A stretch of 64,000 nt of DNA from Macrostomum lignano. Lineage: Eukaryota. The notes under the pieces are model-generated. The model was not told the DNA's origin. It ran no database searches and was given only the letters and a program-made list of their open reading frames with translations. Where the stretch lies: NCBI GenBank assembly GCA_002269645.1, contig NIVC01000303.1:375323-439322 (forward strand), read 5' to 3'. This document shows positions 47,976 through 59,702 of this stretch, in pieces. Numbering within the stretch: position 1 is the first letter of the stretch; each line of letters opens with the position of its first letter. Position numbers and translations under genes: made by a program.

Positions 47976-49303
47976 TGTGCTAAAAATGAATTTTGAAAAA
48001 TAATTGCTATTTATTTTGTTGTCACAAATTTAAAATATCAATTAAATCAATATTGAACAAAGTGATTACAGTATTATTTAACTAAATAACTAGTGACTTA
48101 TAGCAACCAAGTGAAAATGTAGGAAAATATATATTGCCATAATTTGCCATTTATGTCTACCTATCTAGCATAATGACTTATCTATTATAGCATTAGATAA
48201 TGTTTTAAAAGCAAAGTTCTCATATCTCTTATCTACTTTATTAATATTGTTAAAGTCATATACAAACAAATTTCATTATAAACTTTAAAAGGCGTCAATT
48301 TTTAGGCTTTTTTCTAGCTTAACACATTTCATTATTTTTTTAAAATTAATGAAGCATTAAAAATGAAGAACACTATAAAGTATGATAAACTAAATGATAA
48401 ATGGAGAGTTTCAGACTTTGTAGTAATGTGCCACCCAGAAAAGGATGTTGCCAAAGGATAAAGATATTGTACAATGGCAATGGTACCATAGAAAATTGTC
48501 AAAGTGGGTGTCAAATAGGGCCTTGGATAAACATTTGCAATAGGAATTATCAAAGTAGATAATAGGATACTATAGGATATCCAGTCTGGCCTTGATTGCT
48601 TAGAAGAAAAGTTGTTCAAGATTGACAAAAAATAAATCTTTTTGATTCCCAGTCCTTCTTGCCCTAGTCATTTTCAAAAAACAAGGAATGATGACAGGTT
48701 TAGCTATAGACATAGCAAATAGAAAATAGCCATCTCAAACTAGTAGACATAGACATAAAATTGATACATTGGCACACTTCAAATTTGTGTAACTTTAAAT
48801 ATTTTATCCTAGCAGTAATTAAGTCAATTTTTTGGAAAAAAATAAATGTCCAAAACTAGAAGACAGCCATTTTTATATACCTATATTTATGCTATATTCC
48901 CAAAGATTTTATACCAAACTTTTCTAGTATATATTTGTTTTGATATGCATTATGTCCTAATGTAAAAATTTAGTTCCAATGTAAATTCTGGCATATACTC
49001 AACATGATTCCAATAATCTATATTAAATGTAGGAAGGGGCCTAGCCTGCAACTGCATGTCAGAATTTTCTAGCCTATAGGCCTAGCATACAAGCCATTTG
49101 GCATACAAAATCCATATAATGGCATATAAAACTAGGGGCCTATTTGAAAATTGATGCAAGCATGTTCCAGTTTTTGAAAAAAAATTATAATATTTCAGAT
49201 TATAATACAATTAACAAGTTAAGTACTAACCAACATCTAGCTTAAAATTTAGCTATAGTATATTAGGTAAAGTGGCTTGCTTGATGAAGAGTAGATAAAT
49301 AAA

Positions 49304-50103
49304 GGGCCATTCCATATAGTTATAGTCGTAACATGACAGACTATTTTTACTTATAAAATGAAATCTAATAATAGAATACACAAAACCAATATTTTGAATG
49401 AAAGATTATTTTGTCAAGAATATGTTTATAAAGTTTCATATAGATATCATCATTAGTATAGATGCTATTAAACCTTGAATGGCACTTATGGTCGTAACAA
49501 CAGGATTTTTGACATATAGAAACTAAAAGGTAAAAGTCTTACAACATTTTTCATTTTTGATATTTTGCAATAATTTTTTTTTAAATTTGACTAAGAACAT
49601 CTTTAGAAGTCATACTCTTTTATTAGAATATATAAACTCAAAAAGGCAACAAAGATACAAAAGAAAAGGCAGCCTTATAGTCATAACATTATGGTCGTAA
49701 CATATTTTTTTCTGTCAATTCAGTAACTCTGAGGTACTAATATATTAAAAATATAATAGATTATATGGTTGCTAATGTTTTTATCTGATGATGCAAGTAC
49801 TATAATTTTATTTTTATATATAGTTTGTTTTAACCTTCTAAAGCTTTCTATTTGTTTTTGAAAGGTACATAAACTTAATGATGTCTTTTGCTTAGAAAAT
49901 GTCCAATTTTTACAAAAATAACTTTTTTTCCAATTGATAACATAACATACTAATCCAACATTTTATCATTTATTTATTCTTAGATTGTATACATTATATA
50001 CAAAAAAGATTTGGTAAAAAAATTGGCTGATAAGGCAATGACAAGCAAAAATATTGACTTTTTTTCTATTTTCTAAATATGTCCATCTTATATGGAATGG
50101 GCC
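49304..50103. mobile_element. 800-bp non-autonomous TIR element with 4-bp TSD
   Basis: TIRs GGGCCATTCCATATA and reverse complement GGCCCATTCCATATA. TAAA on both flanks (49300-49303 and 50104-50107). Internal T(A/G)GTC(G/A)TAACA motif x4. Superfamily uncertain (Sola/Kolobok-like). Confidence 0.7.
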
Positions 50104-52242
50104 TAAAGGTAAATATCAACATGAAGTTAGTTATTTATTTATTTGAGTTGCCAATGCATTTCACCCAACAATTGGAATCTTCAGGGCAAAGTTTATTTGA
50201 ACAAAATTATTGAATGCAAACAGTATATATATAGTGAGTGAAAGTACATGTAATTTTGAAGGTTTAAAAACTTGTACATATTAATCAAAAGTAGAAGCAT
50301 TATTAGTATATATAGTGAGTGAAAGTACATGTAATTTTGATGGTTTAAAAACTTGTACATATTAATCAAAAGTAGAAGCATTATTGGAAGAAGTTTTTGG
50401 AAGAAATTAGAAGTTAAGAGAAGTTAAGAAGATAAGATGAAATTAATACTACCTAGTTTTAGGCTTTTGGTCATTGAATCTAAAAATATAGGGCCTTGGC
50501 CAGGCCCTAGTTAAACTTACTTTAGACATTTAGTGTGTCTTATTAGGTTTACTCAATATACCTAACAAAAAATCAATAGACATTTTTTTAGGCTAAGGCA
50601 TTTAAGTAAAATAATTGAATAATGTCTATAGTTTACAATTGTATATGAGAAAGCCAAAAATTCATTATCTTTAGGCCTATTATTATGTATGTTTGCCTTA
50701 CCTATCACGACTATTTTTTATTTATCAAAAGAACTTTTTACCTGAATAAATCTATGTTTTTAGTAGTGTTACTAGTAAAAGAATAGTGTATCTAGTAAGT
50801 TTTTGCTCAATTTAGTATTTTTATTAGTTTAAATGAGTATGCCATATTTGTTTCATATCCTATATAAGTGAGAAAATAAACTGAGAAAGAGGATAACTTG
50901 TCTGGTCTTGCCTTCGACCTCCTTCACCAGCCTAGCCATAATTGAGGCTTTGTAACCGAACATTGTTCTAAAAATAGACTAGTCTTAGTCATTTAAAAGT
51001 GCTCCACCTTCCCTTTCCTACGAAGCCTTATACAATTAGAAGTGTTCAACACTTCCCTTTACCCTATTCCCTACTCCCCGGGACATTCAGTCCTACCCCC
51101 GAGTAACTGCCTTCCCCCCTTTTCCCAGTGGAACTGGCACCTACCTCTTCTGCCTTCCTCCCTTTTAGTGGACAGTCTGTCTGCTCAGGTGTATAGCCTT
51201 ATTCCCTCAGATGTACAGTCTGCCTTAGCATCCCCGCTCCTAACCCTTCTTTGTAGAAATCTCCCATATTCATTAGGCAGATTGCCTTTTTACCTAATGC
51301 TATATTAGATAGTCAGTCTACTTATGCCAGCATTCCTTATTAGTATTTAGAAATTCCCCATTAGTGCACTTTCCCAGGCAACTCTGATCCAATGCAAAGC
51401 CCTTAATTCCCCTCTCCCATCTATATTCCCCAGACTGAGAAGAAAATTATGTCTTGCCACTTGGACACATCTACGCTCCAGGAATACTCCTTTCAGTAGG
51501 CTATTCCAAACATTTCCTCCAAATCCCCAAGTCCCAATTTTATTTCCCAACCCATAACACAATTTGGTGACAAACAATAGGATTAAACTATAAATAAACA
51601 CCCCTACAACAGTTTTGATAGCTAAGTGGTAGGATCAAGCCATAGTAAATAGAAAAACCCCTACAACATATATTATAATTTGCTTTTAGTTTTAGATAAG
51701 ACTTTCTTTTTAGTATTATAAATAATGAAGAATTATTAACTTATGATTTATAGACTAGGCCTAGTAAGTAAATAATATAGGCCACATGTCAATAGCCATA
51801 GCCTAGCTATTTACATTTGCTTATAAAACATTTCTATGCCTAGAACTCTAGAACTCTAATTAAACTAAGACTCTAGACTCTGGAATGTTACATGTATATT
51901 AGAAAATTTGGGTATGCAAATGACTTGTTTAAAGTTGGCATACAAATTTTGGTGTACAATTTATACATTTTTTGGTACACAAATTCATATCCATTTTTGG
52001 CCTATAACTTTTGGTGAATAAATTCATGTTGAGCATGAAAATTTCAATGTAAATTAATGTTTTATGTAAAATAAAGGAATATTTGTATACTTAAGACAGT
52101 TAATAATAAACTTTCTGCTTCTTTAAAATTAAAAATTATTTAGATTAGGCCTAGTAAAATTATTATAAAAATGTAAATGTTGCATCAATGTTTTTATAGA
52201 ATATAGGTATAATTAAGTTTGTCTAAAATGAAAATATTGGTT

Positions 52243-52349
52243 ATCTTCAAGTTTCGTTCGTTTAATTCCAACACCCACCCCCCACCACCACCCTTGAATA
52301 GAGGGCGAAAATAATTCCAGAAATAATTAAACGAACGAAACTTGAAGAT
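52243..52349. mobile_element. Miniature inverted repeat (25-bp perfect arms, 57-bp loop)
   Basis: ATCTTCAAGTTTCGTTCGTTTAATT (52243-52267) and its reverse complement (52325-52349). Confidence 0.7.
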
Positions 52350-53110
52350 TGCCAAAATATTTATAATAATAATATTTTAAAGAATACTTTTCATACAAAA
52401 ACCTTTCTTAGGAAACTCAACTTGTGAAAACCAAATGACCTTCTTAGGAGGCTTTTTTAGTTTACATTTTAAGGATTTTTTTTGTTTTTGGCATACACTG
52501 GCATACATTTAGCTAAGATAAGATTCTTGTTCTGGCATACACACACAATACACTATAATTACACAATCCAGACCCTAGCTAAGACTTAGAATAATTTGGT
52601 CTTTTAATTTTGCCTTTAGAAATATTAAGATTTAGTATATTTAGATAAATAAAGAAGCAAAGGATCACGACCAGGGAGTGAACGAAAATTTAAAAGTCAG
52701 TAGTAGACCCCCATCTACCACTGTTATATTGTTTTTGGTTTGCATCAAAGCATCGAGTTAAATATTTGTTAGGACCTTACTGAAAACTTTAGGAATTTGA
52801 CTTTTTAGAAATAAAAATATTGCCACAAGTCAGCTTCAGGCCTGTGGGATCAGAACTTCAGAAGAGGTGAGACTTATAATTCAATAGGTTGTTTCCAAGG
52901 GTCTCTCCCTACAGGGTCTCTCCCTAACACGCACTGGGTGATTAACACGCACCGCACCGGCACATTAAAACAAATTGGACTATAACTGAAGACAGTTCAA
53001 AATGCGTTTTCTGTTAAGCTTCAAGTTTTTATTGCAGAATCTCTTTCGTTTAAGGTGTCGTAACTGGGTTGAGCTGTATTGGTGACAATGCAGTCAACTC
53101 GTGGTATATC

Positions 53111-54349
53111 GGGTCTATGAAATTTGCTTGCGAGAAGTTTGCTTGCCGAAGTTTGCTTGCGGGACTTTTGCTTGCGGAAATTTGCTTGCCGAAGTCTGCT
53201 TGCCGAAGTTTGCTTGCGGGACTTTTGCTTGCGGAAATTTGCTTGCCGAAGTCTGCTTGCCGAACTTTGCTTGCGGAATTTTGCCTGCCGAAGTTTGCTT
53301 GCCGAGCTTTGCTTGCCGAACTTTGCTTGCCGAATTTTGCTTGCAGGAAATTTGCTTGCTGCACATAAGCTTGCCGAAGTTTGCTTGCAGGAAATTTGCT
53401 TGCCGAACTTTGCTTGCAGGAAATTTTCTTGCGAGGTTTGCCAGCCATTTTTTTGCGGAACCTTAAAGAAACCTATTTTTGAGCTCTTGTATTTCTAATT
53501 TTCATTTTCTAAGATTCGTGGAAGTCGCCTATAGTGTTATGATTTTGTATGAGGATATGGCGGATTATTAACTAAATTTTATATACTAAAATATTATTAG
53601 TATATGCATATTACATTAGCATCACTGCAATTATCATACCTGCTCAATCGTGCTGAAATCAGGAACTACAAATATTTATACTGTTACCGATCCCTATCTA
53701 CCTATACTAAATCTCTAAGCATTCTATTCTATATACTACATTCTTAGAATGAAACTCTATAAGCCTAGTTTGAAAGCTTAGTGTCAAGTCAGTTTACGTC
53801 GACCCTGATAAGAATCCACTTGCAAAGCATGCATCTGTGGTAAGTAATAATTGACTGACCAACTTTACAAGCAATCAAAACAAGCAAGCAAACAAGAAAA
53901 TAATTCTGCAAGTTAAAACCTTGCGATTGTGTGATTGCAAATTTCTAGAAAGCAGACATCAAAATTTCGCAAGCAAAGTTCGGCAAGCAAAATTCCTGCA
54001 AGCAAAGCTCGGCAAGCAAACTTCGGCAGGCAAAGTTCCTGCAAGCAAATTTCCTGCAAGCAATTAAAGTTCGGCAAGCAAAGTTCGGCAAGCAAACTTC
54101 AGCAAGCAAAATTCCGCAAGCAAAGTTCGGCAAGCAAAGTTCGGCAGGCAAAATTCCGCAAGCAAACTTCGGCAAGCAAAGTTCGGCAAGCAAAGTTCGG
54201 CAAGCAAAGTTCGGCAAGCAAAATTCCGCAAGCAAAGCTCGGCAAGCAAAGTTCGGCAAGCAAAATTCCTGCAAGCAAAGTTCGGCAAGCAAAATTCCTG
54301 CAAGCAAAGTTCGGCAAGCAAACTTCCCGCAAGCAAACGTCGTACTCCC
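53111..54349. mobile_element. Foldback/MULE-like non-autonomous element with TIRs built from tandem repeats
   Basis: GGG...CCC termini. 8-bp TSD GGTATATC at 53103-53110 and 54350-54357. The left array (TTTGCTTGCCGAA-type units) is inverted in the right array (GCAAGCAAA), with about 480 bp of unique interior. Confidence 0.88.
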
Positions 54350-57300
54350 GGTATATCCTCTGCAGCCTTGCTCTAGAACACCAGAGAGAGACGCTTAGAC
54401 CAGCGACGAATGGAGGCGTGCAGATCGACAGACATATATCCAGACAGATATTGCAGACAGACGACATTCGTAGCCACAACAGGGATGACAAGGCGGACAA
54501 TCGCTCTGCGTCTACTAGAGCAGGACTGATGATGAGACGCGCAAGAGGATAAAGACGAGAAGATATAAATTAGGAGGGGAATTGAAGACTTGCGAAAGGT
54601 AATTAATTAAGCGGCTGCATGTGGCGTGTTTAAGAGTGTTTTTCAATTCGGAGCAACATTTGATTAGCAATTTACATGTTAATTGTACTCGTGTGAGTTC
54701 AGTCGGTAACGGAATATAACTGCGTGGCGGCCAGACCGGTGTGTACGGCTGAGAGCGGGGCCCGCCTGTGCACTAGCTAGTGTTCGATTACCGGGAGTTG
54801 GCCACGATCGCCAGGCAGCAGAGAGAGAGACAGCGGGCGACGCCATGCGCGTCTTAAATAATAAAGGAAAAGGAGGGAGAAGGGCCGACAGGGATGACGG
54901 GCAGCCAGCGGGCAGCCAGCGCGGGGCAGCCAAGACAATCCACCCCACGACCAGCCAATCACGAGCCTCTGCTGGGGGAGGGGCTCAGGGCAGGAAGACA
55001 AATTATTGGACGAAGACAGCTAGAGCGTAGGCCAGCAGGATGAGGCGTAAGCACTAAAATTCGGCCTGATCCACCGGCCCAATCACAATCAGTGGGTGGG
55101 GGGGCAAGGACTACTCAAGTAGGACGGAAACCTCGATCGTTTCTTAGAAAATTTTAATTAGGATGCAGTTTTTTTCCGAAAAAATGCAATACGGAGATAG
55201 GAACTTTTCATTTTTTCAGCACAAAAATTGTTATTGCTTTCAATAGGAGGCAGACCCAATGTTCATCTTTTGATATGTTGTGCATTTCTATATTAGCTCT
55301 GTTGATATTTACGAGTATAAAGCTTTTCGTTCAGAAAATTAGGATTCTATGCTAAATTTTTTCTAGCACGACGTACGGTTTTTCTGCAAATTGACCACCA
55401 GACCGACAACTCGACATCGTCTGCAAAGTATGATAATGATGATTACGTTGGGTACGTCGTTCTACACACAGGTAACGGAATTTCCATGATTTCAGCAATT
55501 TGTCTGCTCTGGCAGTCTGACATAGCCAGCTGCCTTTCGTTCTGTGGGCCTGCTGGCGCCCCCTTGAAAATTCAAGAGCGAGTTACCAACGCGGTACTCT
55601 ATCGCCACGCTGATTGACGGGTTCGTCTGAGAAAACTATATCCGACGTCGCCGAAAAACCTTTACTTTAACTTTACATCGACAGATAACGACGTAATTCA
55701 TGTGCGTCAGCTGAACGTTCGTGCAATGTAAAAGTACATATTTTTCAGCGACATCGATAGATGTCAGAAGCGTCGGCTGACGTCGAATTGATGTACGCGG
55801 TTTGCTCCAGCTGGTAGGCGGCCACAACTATCGACGCCAAGGCATCCAAAAGGCGTGCAAGACACGCGCACTTGGCGCTTTGTCGCCTGCCTACTGGCTG
55901 ACGCAGGCGCCGCCGAAGCCCATATGGAGGCGCACCCCTGCTCCTGTTTAAAGAGACCTTGTATGGCTGCCTCCCCATTTGAACTGCTCGTAATTTATTA
56001 ATAAGCGCTATATATTAATAAGCGCTATATCTTCCATACAAGCACGTGGCTTGTATAATTCGGATAAACTCTTGAATCTCGTCAATCGTTTAGAGTAATG
56101 CATGTAGTCAAAACAGAAGAAATGTCAGACAAGTCGCTTTAAAGATGATTTTGGCACATCCTGGCCCCCCCCCCACTAATTTTTGCGCACCCTCACTTCT
56201 TCTGTGATTCCTGCGTTCCCGTGAAGACTCATTTGGATAAGTCATCACGCGATGACTCATGCTCATCGCACAACCCACTCCGGTCCCCCGCGCACCAACC
56301 CCAACTCCTGCCTGTTGTTCGAAAACCCTCTCCCCAAGCTTTTTCCTGTCTGTTACGTAATCGATCATAAATATCTTTTCTCCGCTGCACCCCCCAATTT
56401 CTCGCCCAATCACAGCGCGGCAGAGGGGTGACGCCATCAGGTTTGCTTGGTAACGGAGGTCAAGGACAAGTCACGACCTTCAATATCATGCATCACGATC
56501 ACGTGATCATGTGACGCGTGATTTCAGGGCTATAAATAAGAGCTCGTTTTGAGCCCTGAGCTCCAACTTCCCTGAACTTCCTTCAACTTTCCATGGTTCC
56601 GCGTTACTTGGAACTTGGAACGAGAACGACCACCTGCCAAGTAGCCCTGCAGCTGCCAGTCGGCCGCATCTGTAATGTATTTCTCTCTGTTGCGTTGCTC
56701 TTGGATATAGTCAGCCCACCAGCTCACCAGCTCACCAGCTAAAAGATCGCCCTATGCAAAGTCCGCGTTTCCAGCACTGACTAGACTGTCCTTTTATGCC
56801 TCACATCGGCCATTATAGTACAGTTGGGGTCCAAAACCTTCGTCTGTTTCAGACCGGGAGTACTGTCTCGTTAAATTAGTGGGAGTCTGTACTGGGTGTG
56901 CTCCTGCACAGGTGACTGGTTTGAGGCCACGCCTCTGGCGTGAAACCCGCAAGTAACAAACAAATGTTGATGGCAGCATACGAGTAGCATATCACCTTCT
57001 AACAAATCATCAAGTCTGCAAGGAGAATTTCATTCTTGCGAGACTTTTAAAGCAGGGGGGACAGTGTGCCTTTCGGCTTCCCCTTCCAGTCAGGTCCACC
57101 CGGCCCTCTTTCAGCAACCTTTTCGCGCCGGAGCTAGAAATACAAAAGCTCCGTTCCTGCCGACATGGTCAGCTGGGCTGACCATAGACTGCAGCTAGAA
57201 TCTTAATGCGCCGCTGTGCAAAGCCTTTCTAGCCGAGAAGGGAGCATTTTGGACTCGGCTTGGACAAATCTAGGGTCGAAAAAAGCAGTTTCAAAGTGCA

Positions 57301-57517
57301 TTTCACTTAATGCTCTCTAAATCAGCAGTCTGCTCGCAGCAGTGTGTGCACTCGATACTAGCTATAGACACTACGGTTTACTTTAAAATCTGCAAGCAGG
57401 CCTTTTTGAAAGAGAAAGCACTGCAACTACTTAATAAGCACTTAATCCAAGTAGTGCATCATTTTATGTAACATTATATTATATGAATACATATGGGATA
57501 TCCCTCAGCTGCACCAT

Positions 57518-57692
57518 TGCGTTACTAAATCCAAGCGTTACTAAATCCAAGCGTTACTAAATCCAAGCGTTACTAAATCCAAGCGTTACTAAATCCAAGC
57601 GTTACTAAATCCAAGCGTTACTAAATCCAAGCGTTACTAAATCCAAGCGTTACTAAATCCAAGCGTTACTAAATCCAAGCGTTACTAAATTC
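57518..57692. repeat. 16-bp minisatellite, about 11 copies
   Basis: Unit GCGTTACTAAATCCAA, nearly perfect. Confidence 0.96.
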
Positions 57693-58605
57693 ACATACAT
57701 GTAGACCCGTTTTCTACGAAACGAAGTTCTTCGACGATGGCAGGACAACGTTCCGCTTCGACAGTTAAAATTCTTTCGTTTTTGGTTCACTTCTCTTGAG
57801 GTTCGTTTCTAATAAGAAATCAAGCGTCTAATTTCAACCATTGATTCGATAAAATCTCTTTCAGCAGCCTTAGGAATTATCGCTCGAAATCACCAGATTA
57901 GCACGCGGTTGAGCCGTTTGTGATACACGGAAATCACACTCACTTGAATGGTAGCTAAGGGTCGGAAACCCCTCAGTCAAACTAAGCTAGGCCCTTAGAA
58001 ACAAAGCTCAACCGCGAAAAGGCTATAATAAAAGCAAAGGGACGAAGGGCGCGGTTCAATTCCTAAAATTATCAGAGATTTTTTATCTTAATCTGGCCGA
58101 GCTGCTGAATTGTCAGCTGCTCATCCGTGACAAGCGGCCGGCTGCTAATCGATCAAAGGATCGCGTCTTTGAAAAGCAACGAGATGCATCAGAAACAAAG
58201 ACAATAAAAGGCTTCCATGACCTCACTTTGACACTGACGAACATTTCTTCTTTCATCGCCGAATCTATTTAAAGGACAAAATTTTCTAAATTCAGCGCTG
58301 ATCTGTGCCCAAGTTTGCACAGCGCGTCCACCCAGCAAATACCGACATCATGGTGCAGTTTTTCTACGGAAACCGCACTGGTAAGTCAGAATGCGACATT
58401 TGACATTTTCAAACTAAATTTTTCAGGCGTTAAATAATCAACATAGCCTCCGTATGTGTTTGGTTCACATAAAACCTGACCCACAGCCAGGATTATTTCT
58501 GGTTTGGCGCTTGCTTGTGGGGCACCACTTCATTTAAGGCTGCGCCATTTTCTCGTATTAAGGAGCGCAGCCCTTAATACGAGAAACGAAACGAGAAACG
58601 AAATT

Positions 58606-58985
58606 TAAATCTGGGGGTGCGCCCAGCCGCCAGTACTCGGCAAGTTCGCAGAGGAGGCATCGGCGACCCTCATCCGGTCGGTATCTCGGACGATGGCGTG
58701 GAGGTCAAGGATGTTGTCCGGGGTGGTCAGCTCGTCCATCCGCTGGGGATGGTCGAGGTACACTGTATTTGTGCCGCGCCGTACTGAAGTAAGGGCAGAA
58801 GGTGACGTGATGCTCCGCGGTCTCTTCTTCTATGTCACGGAAAGGACAGGTGGGAGGGCAACCGGTTTGCAACGAGATATGTCTCTGGAAGAATCCATGG
58901 CTGGTTAAGACCATGCACATCTCCATGAGGTCGGTTCTGTTAAGTGAGATCAGATATTCCGAGACTTTCCTGTTCTGCATTTTAA
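58606..58985 (-). mobile_element. Short degenerate 3' fragment of a related RNase H-type LINE
   Basis: LISLNRTDL...[11 protein letters not shown]...[22 protein letters not shown] aligns with LLRLSRRDI...TLSGHGCFSRH...TCSFCNSGDETAEHFVSICPAF of the LINE at 17615-18310. Confidence 0.8.
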
Positions 58986-59702
58986 TCAAATACAGCAATC
59001 CGACCTCGGCCGACGTTCCCGACGTACATCAACGTCGCTGACAAATATGTAATTTACGTGACGTCGAAGGATATCGACGTCATACATCGACTGAACGTCG
59101 GTGCAATGTGGTCGGATCGCTCTACGGGAATGAAACAGTAGAACCAAAGACAGGACCCACAATTCCTGGCTACGCTTAGAGTTATAATCATTAACAACGG
59201 AAGCAGAAAGAGGCTACACTTGCATCTCGGGCACTTTCGCAGCAGGAGCCCGGCTTTCGTTAACTGAATTGTCTATGGTCGAAATAGGAATTTCAGTTAA
59301 CGACCAGCCATTAAGCAGTGGTCATTACTGTGAATTGGCATTTCGATCAATGCTCAAAATACAGTTGTATTATTTATTCAGATGATGTCGCAAAGATTCG
59401 TGTTCTGCATAGCAACCCTTGAAAAATGAGGTTTCGCCATAGATGACGAGCTAAATCGGGCCAACAAAATTTGCAATAGAAAACAGCTAGTAAGATAGGA
59501 AAACTTCACTGAAACTTTGCTTGCCTCGGTGAAATAGCTGGTTGCATTTAATGAGAAAAAACAGCTTGATAAACTTGTGAAGTTCACCTCGAACGAACAT
59601 ACTTTTAATTGAATTTGAAGTCCAAAAGATTAGATATTATGAACTTGCAGGATTTTCGAGTGCACCCGCCTTATACTTTAGTAGTCTAAGTGCTTAGAAC
59701 AT

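Noticed and set aside
48332-48628. Hydrophobic 98-aa ORF as a membrane-protein exon
   Set aside because: Hydrophobicity is expected from AT-rich codons; no splice partners or family motif.
51040-51610. Possible decayed gag/zinc-knuckle on the minus strand
   Set aside because: It needs several frameshifts and stop corrections; the motif match is too weak.
53050-54552. Cluster of ACR/LLAE/KQ-repeat ORFs
   Set aside because: Six-frame translations of the foldback element's tandem TIRs.
53056-55087. Possible LTR (TGT...ACA) hosting the foldback element
   Set aside because: Flanks AAGG and ATCA do not form a TSD and no second copy is visible.
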